A stretch of DNA of 64,000 bases from Acidimicrobiales bacterium (GCA_037968675.1 JBBKVY010000095.1:7294-71293), one strand, 5' to 3'. Counted from the first letter of the stretch, positions 20,332-28,869 are shown. Notes: generated by a model not told the origin, from the letters alone. A program made the numbers and translations.

Positions 20332-20358
20332 TGACCTGAAGCTGACCCCGAGCTGACC
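20332..20358 (-). promoter_or_regulatory. Three GGTCA direct repeats at 11-bp period (PHO-box/OmpR-type) upstream of whiB
   Basis: TGACC at 20332, 20343 and 20354. Confidence 0.5.
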
Positions 20359-20377
20359 CAAAAGGAGGACCTGGCAG

Positions 20378-20662
20378 ATGAGCGTCCGTGTGGACATCGA
20401 TGGCCAGTCCGAAGCCCAAGCCTGGCAGGAGTACTCCAACTGCCTCGGCGTCGATCCCGACCTGTTCTTCCCCGAACGCGGCGCCTCGACCAAGGAGGCA
20501 AAGGCCGTGTGTCGCGGTTGTGTCGTACGTGAGGACTGCCTCGAGTACGCCCTCCAGAACGGCGAGAAGTTCGGCATCTGGGGCGGAATGAGCGAGCGGG
20601 AGCGGCGTCGCATCCGCCGTGCCCGTGCCCTCGCTCGGCGGGGCATCGTCGAGACCGCGTAG
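20378..20662 (+). CDS. whiB: WhiB family Fe-S transcription factor (WhiB/WhiB2-like)
   Basis: Four Cys, FFPERGASTKEAKAVCRGC and FGIWGGMSERERRRI. SD AAGGAGG. Confidence 0.93.
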   Translation: MSVRVDIDGQSEAQAWQEYSNCLGVDPDLFFPERGASTKEAKAVCRGCVVREDCLEYALQNGEKFGIWGGMSERERRRIRRARALARRGIVETA

Positions 20663-20697
20663 ATCGGCGGACTGCGGCGGCAGTCACCACGACACGA

Positions 20698-20732
20698 GAC
20701 GACACCCCGCCCCCGGGCGGGGTGTCGTCGTT
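20698..20732 (+). terminator. Intrinsic terminator after whiB
   Basis: GACGACACCCCGCCC/GGGCGGGGTGTCGTC stem followed by GTTT. Confidence 0.8.
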
Positions 20733-20747
20733 TAGCGTCTGGCCCGC

Positions 20748-21284
20748 ATGGCTTCCGGGAACCGACGCGTCGCTCGCGACGTTGTCCCCACGTGGGAGGA
20801 GATCGCTCGGGACGAGGGCGACTTCATCTACACCGTCGCCTACCGACTGACCGGGAATCGAGACGATGCGCAGGATCTGGTGCAAGAGGTGTTGGTTCGG
20901 GTCCAGCGGGGCCTGCGCACCTACCGGCCCGGATCATTGCGCGGGTGGTTGGGTCGCATCGCCACCAATGCCTTCCTCGATGACGCACGCCGGCGACAGC
21001 GTCGCCCCCAGGTGGCGCTCCCCGAGGACCCCGATCTCGTACTCCCCGCGTCGCCGTCGGCCGCCGACGCTGCGGCGGCGGCGGGACTGTCCGACGAGGT
21101 GCAGGCTGCGCTCGCCTCGCTCGCCGACGACCATCGCGTGGCCGTCGTCTTGTCGGACGTTGCCGGTCTGCCCTACACCGAGATCGCCGACCAACTCGAC
21201 ATCCCGGTCGGCACGGTCCGCAGTCGCATCCACCGCGGCCGGCTCGCGCTGCGTGCGGCGCTCGACGACGGTGATCGCTCGTGA
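20748..21284 (+). CDS. ECF sigma factor (SigE-like)
   Basis: PTWEEIA...YRLTGNRDDAQDLVQEV...WLGRIATNAFLD...EIADQLDIPVGTVRSRIHRGR. Confidence 0.9.
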   Translation: MASGNRRVARDVVPTWEEIARDEGDFIYTVAYRLTGNRDDAQDLVQEVLVRVQRGLRTYRPGSLRGWLGRIATNAFLDDARRRQRRPQVALPEDPDLVLPASPSAADAAAAAGLSDEVQAALASLADDHRVAVVLSDVAGLPYTEIADQLDIPVGTVRSRIHRGRLALRAALDDGDRS

Positions 21285-22084
21285 CTGAGCGCGAGGCGTC
21301 CGTTCCGATCGATGGCCACGCCGGCGACCTGGTGTCGGCGCGACTCGACGGCGAACTCGACGCGGCCACGGCGGCATGGGTCGACGATCATCTCGAGTCG
21401 TGCGACGCATGTCGCGACCTGGCCGGCCTGGTCGAGGCCGCTCGGGCCTGGATGCGTTCGTCGCCCACCGTCGACGGCGCGCTGGTGGTCGAGGGCGTCA
21501 TCGCTCGGCGACACCGCATGATCGGCACGGGACTCGCCTTCGTCGGTGTCGTACTCGTCGTGCTCGGCCTGCTGGCGGTCACCGCGTCGGTGGCCCACCC
21601 GCGCATCGTCCCGGAGATCGACGCGCTGGTGGCTGCACACGAGGCGACGACGCACGCTGCGCTGGAGGGAATGCGTCCGGTCGACCAGGGGGGTTCACGG
21701 TATGCGACGCCCGTGGTGCTGGGCACGCCCGACCACCTTCTGGAGCGCACCGCCGTCTACGACGGCCCCGACCTGACGGCGGCCTTGTACGTCGGTGATG
21801 CCGGCGAGATCACACTGTTCGAACAGCCCGGGCGAGTCGACTGGGACCGACTCCCGGCGGGGTCGACCGTCCGCCTCGGTGCACGACGTGCATGGGTGCG
21901 AGCGGGCACGCCCGTCGTCGTGGTCACCGAGATCGGCGATCTCGCGGTCACCCTGGTGTCCGACGACCGCCGCCGGATCGAGTCGGTGATCCAGACGATC
22001 GAGGCACCACGTCGCACCTCCACCGGCGAGCGCGTCCACGATTCGTGCCAGCGCCTGATGGAGATCTTCGCCTTCGGCGGGTGA
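21281..22084 (+). CDS. Zinc-finger (ZAS) membrane anti-sigma factor
   Basis: HxxxCxxC (HLESCDAC), one TM helix, and a GTGA overlap with the sigma gene. Confidence 0.85.
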   Translation: MTEREASVPIDGHAGDLVSARLDGELDAATAAWVDDHLESCDACRDLAGLVEAARAWMRSSPTVDGALVVEGVIARRHRMIGTGLAFVGVVLVVLGLLAVTASVAHPRIVPEIDALVAAHEATTHAALEGMRPVDQGGSRYATPVVLGTPDHLLERTAVYDGPDLTAALYVGDAGEITLFEQPGRVDWDRLPAGSTVRLGARRAWVRAGTPVVVVTEIGDLAVTLVSDDRRRIESVIQTIEAPRRTSTGERVHDSCQRLMEIFAFGG

Positions 22085-22117
22085 GCCGACCACCGGTCTA
22101 GGGACGACCGGGTTCGA

Positions 22118-22369
22118 TCAGGTCTCTGCCGCCACGGCGACCTGGTGGTGGCGACGTCGCTTGAGCAGTCGCCGACGTTCACGTTCGGAGGCGCCACCCC
22201 ACACGCCGTGGTCGATGCGCTCGTCCAGTGCGTACGCCAGACAACCGTCCTGTACCGGGCACGTGGCGCAGATGCGCTGGGCGACGAGAACGCCCACCCC
22301 GTCACTGGGGAAAAAGACCTCGGGTGGGTGATTGCGGCAGTTGCCGTCCTGCATCCATGGGGTGTCCAT
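22118..22369 (-). CDS. Second WhiB family transcription factor
   Basis: WMQDGNC...FFPSDG...ICATCPVQDGCLAYAL...GVWGGASERERRRL. SD GGAGG. Confidence 0.9.
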   Translation of the reverse strand: MDTPWMQDGNCRNHPPEVFFPSDGVGVLVAQRICATCPVQDGCLAYALDERIDHGVWGGASERERRRLLKRRRHHQVAVAAET

Positions 22370-22388
22370 CGGTTGACCTCCACACCTT

Positions 22389-22415
22389 CTACGTAGCTGC
22401 GACGGGTTTGGTTCC
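22389..22415 (-). promoter_or_regulatory. Candidate ECF (SigE/SigH-type) promoter for the second whiB gene
   Basis: Minus strand GGAAC-N17-CGTAG, 19 nt upstream of the ATG. Confidence 0.45.
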
Positions 22416-22489
22416 CGAGAACCGAGGATTTTCTCGTTCTTCGGCCGCGACCGACGCGAGCACTGCCTCGCGGGCGAGACTGGTGGACG

Positions 22490-23689
22490 ATGCCTCCCGC
22501 AGACGACTCCTGGGCTCCGTCCTCGCCGCCCACGCCGCCGAGTCGTGAATTGCGTCCGCCGAGCGCGTGGCCCCGGCTCGATCCACCGGCCCACCCCGGC
22601 GACCGAGACCGTGCGGTGGGCCGATCGGCGCTGGTGGGCGGACTGGTCGGCGCACTGGTGGCCGCACTCATCCTCGGCATCGTGTCGCTGTGGCCGACCG
22701 GTGGCGGCGACGCGACGGCCGCCACGTCGCAGACCCCCGTCACCAGCCCCGATGGTGCGGCACCCCGCATCGACGTCCTCGCCGTCTTGGGACGGGTCGA
22801 ACCATCGGTGGTGTCGGTCCAGACCACGAGCGACGCGCTCGAGGGGCAGGCCGGCGCCGGCACCGGGATCATCCTGACGACCGACGGCTTGGCGTTGACC
22901 AACGCGCACGTCGTCGCCGGCCTGCCCGACATCAGCGTGGGCATCTTCGACGGAACCCAGGCCAACGCCTCGCTGGTGGGCTCGTTCCCCGAGGAGGACG
23001 TCGCGCTGATCCAGATCGAGGGTCGCGACGACCTGATCCCCGCCGAACTCGGCTCGTCCGGCGCGCTCCAGGTCGGTTCCGAGGTCATCGCCATCGGCAA
23101 CGCCCTCAACCTGGGCGGACGGCCGACGGTCACCCTCGGCATCGTCTCGGCCCTCAATCGCCGACTCGAGGCGGAGGGCATCTCGCTCGATGGGCTGATC
23201 CAGACCGACGCGGCGATCAATCCCGGCAACTCGGGCGGGCCGCTCGTCAACGCCGCAGGGCAGGTGGTGGGCGTGAACACGGCCATCATCGGCGACGCCC
23301 AGAGCATCGGGTTCGCGATCGCCATCGACCAGGTGAAGCCGCTGATCGAGGAGATCCGCAACGGTGGTGGCGAGGTCCGCGGCGACCAACCCTTCCTCGG
23401 GGTCAACACCACCGACGTGGCCACGGAGGCGCCGGCGATCCTCGACACCTTCGACATCGCCGTCGACGAAGGCGCCTACGTGCGGAGCGTCGTCAGCGGC
23501 AGCGGTGCCGAGGATGCCGGTATCCAGACCGGCGATGTGATCGTCGCGATCGACGGTACGCCGACGCCCGATTCGGCGTCAGTGGGGGAGATCGTCCGCA
23601 CGGCCGACGTGGACGACGTCATCACGATCACCGTCCGACGCGGTGGGGAGACGACCGACGTCGAGGCCACGCTCCGCCCGCGGGGGTGA
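22490..23689 (+). CDS. htrA: HtrA/DegP-family serine protease with PDZ domain
   Basis: TM helix, catalytic TNAHVV, D, and DAAINPGNSGGPL, followed by a C-terminal PDZ. Confidence 0.93.
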   Translation: MPPADDSWAPSSPPTPPSRELRPPSAWPRLDPPAHPGDRDRAVGRSALVGGLVGALVAALILGIVSLWPTGGGDATAATSQTPVTSPDGAAPRIDVLAVLGRVEPSVVSVQTTSDALEGQAGAGTGIILTTDGLALTNAHVVAGLPDISVGIFDGTQANASLVGSFPEEDVALIQIEGRDDLIPAELGSSGALQVGSEVIAIGNALNLGGRPTVTLGIVSALNRRLEAEGISLDGLIQTDAAINPGNSGGPLVNAAGQVVGVNTAIIGDAQSIGFAIAIDQVKPLIEEIRNGGGEVRGDQPFLGVNTTDVATEAPAILDTFDIAVDEGAYVRSVVSGSGAEDAGIQTGDVIVAIDGTPTPDSASVGEIVRTADVDDVITITVRRGGETTDVEATLRPRG

Positions 23690-23785
23690 GAACGGGCGGG
23701 AAGGATGTCGCGGGCGGTAGGTCGGAGCAGACCCCGCGCTAGCCTTGTTCCTTCGCCAGCCCCGCAACCGTCCCAGAAGGTCCTC

Positions 23786-24070
23786 ATGTCCGACGCACCC
23801 CTCTCCGACGTCGAGCTCGAAGAACGGCCACCGCCGATCGCGCACGCACGTCTCGTGTACCTCGGACCGACCAGCCCACACTGGGAGATCCAGTCCGACT
23901 GGGGTGACGAAGCCATCGTCGAGGCGTTCCGGGCCCGGGTCCGCGCCCGCCTCGTACTGCTCCCGCCGCACGATCCGCAGTTCCGCCGCAACCGCGAGCG
24001 GGTGAACCGCGACGCCGAACGCGAGAACTTCCTCCTCGAGTGGGACATCGGCTACCCCGAGGACAACTAG
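23786..24070 (+). CDS. Small hypothetical protein
   Basis: 94 aa with coding-like GC3 (LVYLGPTSPHWEI...LLPPHDPQFRRNRERVNRDAERE). It fills the gap between htrA and the ROK gene. Confidence 0.72.
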   Translation: MSDAPLSDVELEERPPPIAHARLVYLGPTSPHWEIQSDWGDEAIVEAFRARVRARLVLLPPHDPQFRRNRERVNRDAERENFLLEWDIGYPEDN

Positions 24071-24087
24071 CGGCGTACGTTCCCGGC

Positions 24088-25038
24088 GTGACCGCGATCG
24101 CGGGAATCGACCTCGGCGGCACCAAGATCTTCGGTGCACACATCACCCGGGACCCTGACGGGACGGCATCGGTCGGCCGGGAGGCGAAGCGCTCGACCCC
24201 GAGGTCCTCCGTCGATGACATCGTCGCAGCCATCGCCGGCGTGATCGACGAGCTCGGCGGCATTCCCGACCTCGTCGGCATCGGCACCCCCGGCGTGATC
24301 GCGCCGGGGAGCGGGGTGGTCGAGTACGCGCCGAACCTCGCCGGATTCGACCAGCCGGTCCCGCTGGCCCAGCTCGTCGCCGATGCGGTCGGCGCACCCG
24401 TCGCCATCGGGAACGACGTGAACATGGCCGCGCTCGGTGAGGCCAGGGTCGGCGCGGCCGCAGGCCACGACGACGTCCTGGCCGTCTGGATGGGCACCGG
24501 ACTGGGTGCTGGGCTGGTGCTCGACGGTCAGCTCCGCGTCGGACCCAACGGCCTGGCCGGCGAGCTCGGCCACGCTACGGTCGTTCCCGGCGGACGGCGG
24601 TGTGCCTGCGGTGGCCGTGGGCATCTCGAGGCCTACATCGGGCGCCGGGCCCTCGAAGCGCGCGCCCGACATCTCCACGCCGACGGACGTCCGACGAGTC
24701 TCGTCGAGCGGGCGGGCGATGGGCCGATGAAGTCGAAGGTCTTCCGGGCGGCGTACGCGGACGGTGACGACGTGACCGTCGAGTTGATCGACGAGGGACT
24801 GTCGATGTTGACGATCGCCATCGCCACGGTCTCGGTCGTCGTCGACGTGCGCACCGTCGTGCTCGGTGGCGGGCTCGGTGAGCGCTTCGTCGACATCGCC
24901 GTCGACCGGATCCAGTCGGGCCTCGCCGATCTCCACTACGCGGGGGCAACGCCCAGCGTCGTCCCGGCCGCGCTCGGCGACCACGCCGGCGCGCTGGGCG
25001 CCGCATTCCACGCCGTCGACTCGCTGGGCCAACGATGA
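24088..25038 (+). CDS. ROK family sugar kinase
   Basis: GIDLGGTK, NDVNMAALGE, GTGLGAG and AGELGH...CACGGRGHLE (Zn site). TACGTT lies 6 nt before the GTG. Confidence 0.92.
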   Translation: MTAIAGIDLGGTKIFGAHITRDPDGTASVGREAKRSTPRSSVDDIVAAIAGVIDELGGIPDLVGIGTPGVIAPGSGVVEYAPNLAGFDQPVPLAQLVADAVGAPVAIGNDVNMAALGEARVGAAAGHDDVLAVWMGTGLGAGLVLDGQLRVGPNGLAGELGHATVVPGGRRCACGGRGHLEAYIGRRALEARARHLHADGRPTSLVERAGDGPMKSKVFRAAYADGDDVTVELIDEGLSMLTIAIATVSVVVDVRTVVLGGGLGERFVDIAVDRIQSGLADLHYAGATPSVVPAALGDHAGALGAAFHAVDSLGQR

Positions 25039-25111
25039 CGACGAGCGCGGAATCCTCGCCCGATCCGACGGCGCTCGGTACACGAGCGGCAGGTCTCCTG
25101 GGAATGGCGGA

Positions 25112-25127
25112 TGAACGTCGGGTGAGC
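25112..25127 (-). promoter_or_regulatory. Candidate PHO box upstream of ppk1
   Basis: TGAAC at 25112 and TGAGC at 25123 (11-bp period), reading G(C/T)TCA on the minus strand, about 28 nt upstream of the -10 TACCGT. Confidence 0.4.
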
Positions 25128-25166
25128 AACGCCGAGCCGCTGCCGCCACGGCGTTACCGTGCCCAT

Positions 25167-27257
25167 GTGGAATCCGAGTCGATCCCCGACCTCCGCCACC
25201 ACCCGGACCGGTTCTTCAACCGCGAACTGTCGTGGCTCGACTTCGATGCCCGTGTCCTCGCGCTGGCGGGCTCCGACGAGGTGCCACTGCTCGAGCGTGC
25301 GAAGTTCCTGTCGATCTTCGCATCGAACCTCGATGAGTTCTTCCAGGTCCGCGTCGCCGGACTCAAGGACCAGGTCTATGCCGGCGTCGACGTCTCGGCC
25401 GCCGACGGGCGCACCGCATCCGAGCAGTTGTTCGAGATCCGTGAGGACGTCGTCGATCTGGTCCGCGAGCAGGAACGGCTCCTGCTCGACGAGATCGTCC
25501 CCGCACTGGAACACGAGGGCGTGACGTTCCGTTCGTGGGGCCAGCTCGACATCGACGGCCAGAAGGCCCTGGCGGAGATCTTCGACGAGCACATCTTCCC
25601 GGTGCTGACACCGCTCGCCGTCGATCCCGGCCACCCGTTCCCGTACATCTCGAATCTGTCGCTCAGCCTCGCGGTTCGCGTCGCCGACCCCGAGTCGGGC
25701 GAGGATCGCTTCGCCCGGGTGAAGGTCCCCTCGAATCTCCTGCGGTTCGTCCAGCTGCCCGACGAGATGACGTTCGTGCCACTCGAACAGGTCATCGCCG
25801 CCCACCTCGACCAGCTGTTCCCCGGCATGGAGATCGGTGAGGTGTCGGCGTTCCGCGTCACGCGCAACGCCGACCTCACACTCGAGGAGAACGAGGCGGA
25901 CGACCTCCTGGCTGCGGTCGAGATCGAACTCCGACGCCGCCGTTTCGGCCGTGCCGTACGCCTCGAGATCGACCACACGATGTCGGCCGAGCTCCGTGAG
26001 CTCCTGGTCCGCGAACTCGACATCGACGAGGAGGACGTCTACCCGATCGCAGGTCCGCTCGACCTCACCGGTCTGTCGGCGATCCACTCGATCGACCGCA
26101 ACGATCTCAAGGATCCGCACTGGCACGCGATCACCCCGGCGCGCCTGGTGAACGACGACGAGACACCGGCCGACTTCTTCGCGGAGATGCGGCGGAACGA
26201 CGTCCTCGTCCACCACCCGTATGCCAGCTTCCGCACGACGGTCGAGGCGTTCCTCCGCCAGGCGGCCAACGACCGGCGGGTGGTCGCCATCAAGATGACC
26301 CTCTACCGGACCTCCGGTGACTCCTCCATCGTCCGGTCGCTGATCCGGGCGGCCGAGCAGGGCAAACAGGTCGCCGTGCTCGTGGAGTTGAAGGCTCGAT
26401 TCGACGAGGCCGCCAACATCGAGTGGGCCAAGGCGCTCGAGGAGGTCGGGGTGCACGTCGTGTACGGCCTCGTGGGCCTCAAGACCCACACCAAGACCTT
26501 CCTGGTCGTGCGTGAGGAACGCGACGGACTCCGTCGCTACTGCCACATCGGCACCGGCAACTACAACCCCAAGACCGCCACGATGTACGAAGATCTCGGA
26601 CTGTTCACCGCCGATCCGGCGATCGGCGCCGAGTTGAGCCAACTGTTCAACCACCTCACGGGGTTCGGTCGTGCGGTCGACTACGAGCGGCTGATCGTCG
26701 CCCCCGACCACCTCCGCGGAACGTTCGAGCAGATGATCGCCAACGAGGCCGCCGAGGGATCCGAGGGCCGGATCATCGCGAAGATGAACAGCCTCTCGGA
26801 CCCGCAGATGATCGACGCGCTGTACGACGCCTCCCAGGCCGGCGTCAGCATCGATCTCATCGTGCGTGGCATCTGCTGCCTGCGTCCCGGCGTGCCGGGG
26901 CTGTCGGAGAACATCCGAGTGCGGTCGATCGTGGGCCGCTATCTCGAGCACTCGCGCATCTACTACTTCGCGAACGGTCGCGGACCTGACGAGCCCTCGT
27001 ACCTCATCGGTTCGGCCGACCTCATGACCCGCAACATCGATCGGCGCGTCGAGGCCATCGTGCCGATCGAGGATGCCCCGCTGCGCGCTCGACTCGACGA
27101 GATCATCGACATCTCGCTCGCCGACGACCAGTTGGCCTGGGAGCTCGACGGCGACGGGCGGTGGACCCGGGCATCGGGCAGGGCCGGCGTCGATTCGCAC
27201 TTGGCCCTCCAGGCCGCCGCGCTCGGCCGGGCCCGGGTGCCCGATCTCGACGACTGA
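25167..27257 (+). CDS. ppk1: Polyphosphate kinase 1
   Basis: FFNRELSWLDF, SNLDEFFQVRVAGL, HPFPYISNLS, HHPY (phospho-His), KARFDE, HIGTGNYN and GRYLEHSRI. GTG 25167 follows TACCGT by 6 nt. Confidence 0.96.
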   Translation: MESESIPDLRHHPDRFFNRELSWLDFDARVLALAGSDEVPLLERAKFLSIFASNLDEFFQVRVAGLKDQVYAGVDVSAADGRTASEQLFEIREDVVDLVREQERLLLDEIVPALEHEGVTFRSWGQLDIDGQKALAEIFDEHIFPVLTPLAVDPGHPFPYISNLSLSLAVRVADPESGEDRFARVKVPSNLLRFVQLPDEMTFVPLEQVIAAHLDQLFPGMEIGEVSAFRVTRNADLTLEENEADDLLAAVEIELRRRRFGRAVRLEIDHTMSAELRELLVRELDIDEEDVYPIAGPLDLTGLSAIHSIDRNDLKDPHWHAITPARLVNDDETPADFFAEMRRNDVLVHHPYASFRTTVEAFLRQAANDRRVVAIKMTLYRTSGDSSIVRSLIRAAEQGKQVAVLVELKARFDEAANIEWAKALEEVGVHVVYGLVGLKTHTKTFLVVREERDGLRRYCHIGTGNYNPKTATMYEDLGLFTADPAIGAELSQLFNHLTGFGRAVDYERLIVAPDHLRGTFEQMIANEAAEGSEGRIIAKMNSLSDPQMIDALYDASQAGVSIDLIVRGICCLRPGVPGLSENIRVRSIVGRYLEHSRIYYFANGRGPDEPSYLIGSADLMTRNIDRRVEAIVPIEDAPLRARLDEIIDISLADDQLAWELDGDGRWTRASGRAGVDSHLALQAAALGRARVPDLDD

Positions 27258-27661
27258 TGAGCGAACTCGTCCGGGCTGCTGGCGGTGTCGTCTGGCGCGC
27301 GGGCGACGATGGTGACGAGGTCCTCCTCGTCCACCGGGCGCGCTACGACGACTGGTCGCTCCCGAAGGGCAAGCTCGACCCGGGCGAGACCTGGGAACAG
27401 GCGGCGATCCGCGAGGTGTTCGAGGAGACCGGTGTCGTCGCCGTGCTCGGCCCCGAGTTGGCGGGTGCGTCCTACGACGACAACCGGGGCCGACCGAAAC
27501 AGGTCCGCTACTGGGCGATGCCCGTGGCCGTGGCCATGCCGTTCGAGCCGGACGACGAGGTCGATCAGCAGTCGTGGCTGACCGTCGCCGATGCGCGCGC
27601 CCGCCTCAGCTATCGGCGCGACCTCGCAGTGCTCGACTCGTTCCGCGAACTGCGCGTCTGA
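27257..27661 (+). CDS. NUDIX hydrolase (MutT1-like)
   Basis: RAAGGVVWR and the NUDIX box PKGKLDPGETWEQAAIREVFEETG. TGATG coupling to ppk1. Confidence 0.92.
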   Translation: MSELVRAAGGVVWRAGDDGDEVLLVHRARYDDWSLPKGKLDPGETWEQAAIREVFEETGVVAVLGPELAGASYDDNRGRPKQVRYWAMPVAVAMPFEPDDEVDQQSWLTVADARARLSYRRDLAVLDSFRELRV

Positions 27662-27689
27662 ACCGCGTCGGGCCGCCGTTCCCGGGGGT

Positions 27690-27733
27690 GTTCGCCCGAT
27701 CGGCCCCGCTCGTTCACCCCCCGTTCACCGACC
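27690..27733 (+). promoter_or_regulatory. PHO box upstream of pstS
   Basis: GTTCACCCCCC GTTCACCGACC at 27712 and 27723, plus an in-register GTTCG at 27690. This matches the actinobacterial PhoP 11-bp GTTCA direct repeat. Confidence 0.8.
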
Positions 27734-27816
27734 CGGGGCTGATGATCCACCTTCGCTCCGTACCGTTCCCTCCGTAGCCGACAACGACCCCCATTCCCAT
27801 GCACGGAGGAAATCCA

Positions 27817-28869
27817 TTGTTCCGGAATAGACGTTGGGCATCGCTGATCGCCCTGTTCACTGTCCTTGCCCTCGTGGCCGCCGCTTGTGGCGACGACGAC
27901 GCGAACGCTGGCGCCGGCGAGACGCCGACGGACAACGGTGGCGACGACACCACCGACGGCGAGTCGGCCAACGGCCTCCCCGACTGCCTCGACTTCGCCG
28001 ATCTCTACGCCCTCACCGGCCCCGAGTCCGACGGGTTCGCGAGCTGGAGCGACGCTGCGGACCTCGCTGGCGAGCTGGGGTCGACCACCGAGCTCCCCGA
28101 CACCGAGCTCACGGTCGCTGGCCCCGGCGAGGAGTCCGGGACCTACGACACCTTCGTCGAACTCGTGATCGAGGAGTTCAACGAGGACCGCAGCGTCGAC
28201 GCAGTGGCTCGCACCGACTACCTGTCGAGCCCGAACGACAACGTCATCGTCGAGAACCTCTCGACAGCCGACGGATCGCTCGGCTGGGTCGGGTTCGCCT
28301 TCTACATCGAGAACACCGACGTCCTCCGGGCCTTCGAACTCTCCGACGCTGCCAACGACGTGGAGTGCACGGAGCCCACGCCCGAGACCATCGCCTCCGG
28401 CGACTACCCGCTCAGCCGTTCCCTCTACATCTACGTGAACAACGCCAAGGCGGAGGAGAAGGGTTCGCTGTCGGCCTACGTCGACCAGTACCTCGGCGAT
28501 CTCTACGACTGCACCACCCAGGCCGGCTACGTCGCCCTCGAGGACTCGACGCTCACCGAGACCGTCTCCACCTGGGAGGACAGCGGGTACTCCGGCAAGG
28601 AGGACGATGGCGCCAGCCTCGACATCTCCGGCTCGTCCACCGTCGAGCCGATCAGCCAGTGCGTGCTCGAGAAGACCGGCTTCGCAGGCAGCGTCGAGGG
28701 CCCCGGCACGGGCGACGGCTTCCAGCGCTTCTGCGCCGGTGAGACCGACATCTCCGATGCCTCCCGCGCCATCAAGGACGAAGAGGCCGCGTCCTGCACC
28801 GAGGCCGGCGTCGAGTTCACCGAGCTCGTGGTCGCCATCGACGGCATCGCAGTCATGACGGCGGCGTGA
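27817..28869 (+). CDS. pstS: Phosphate ABC transporter substrate-binding lipoprotein, circularly permuted
   Basis: TTG start after GGAGG and lipobox LVAAAC. The PstS motifs are all present (SGT, PLSRSLYIYVN, GSSTV, GTGDGFQRFCAGETDISDASR, IDGI) but in permuted order. Confidence 0.9.
   Translation: MFRNRRWASLIALFTVLALVAAACGDDDANAGAGETPTDNGGDDTTDGESANGLPDCLDFADLYALTGPESDGFASWSDAADLAGELGSTTELPDTELTVAGPGEESGTYDTFVELVIEEFNEDRSVDAVARTDYLSSPNDNVIVENLSTADGSLGWVGFAFYIENTDVLRAFELSDAANDVECTEPTPETIASGDYPLSRSLYIYVNNAKAEEKGSLSAYVDQYLGDLYDCTTQAGYVALEDSTLTETVSTWEDSGYSGKEDDGASLDISGSSTVEPISQCVLEKTGFAGSVEGPGTGDGFQRFCAGETDISDASRAIKDEEAASCTEAGVEFTELVVAIDGIAVMTAA

Noticed and set aside
25035-25166. Longer ppk1 start at 25035
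   Set aside because: The extension lacks PPK similarity, and a -10 plus in-frame GTG fits 25167 better.
27868-27920. DNA and protein similarity between the PstS N-terminus and the lipoprotein at about 48310-48360 (LVAAACGDDD..NAG)
   Set aside because: It is most likely this lineage's generic lipoprotein signal and linker rather than a recent duplication. The nucleotide match is degenerate at third positions.
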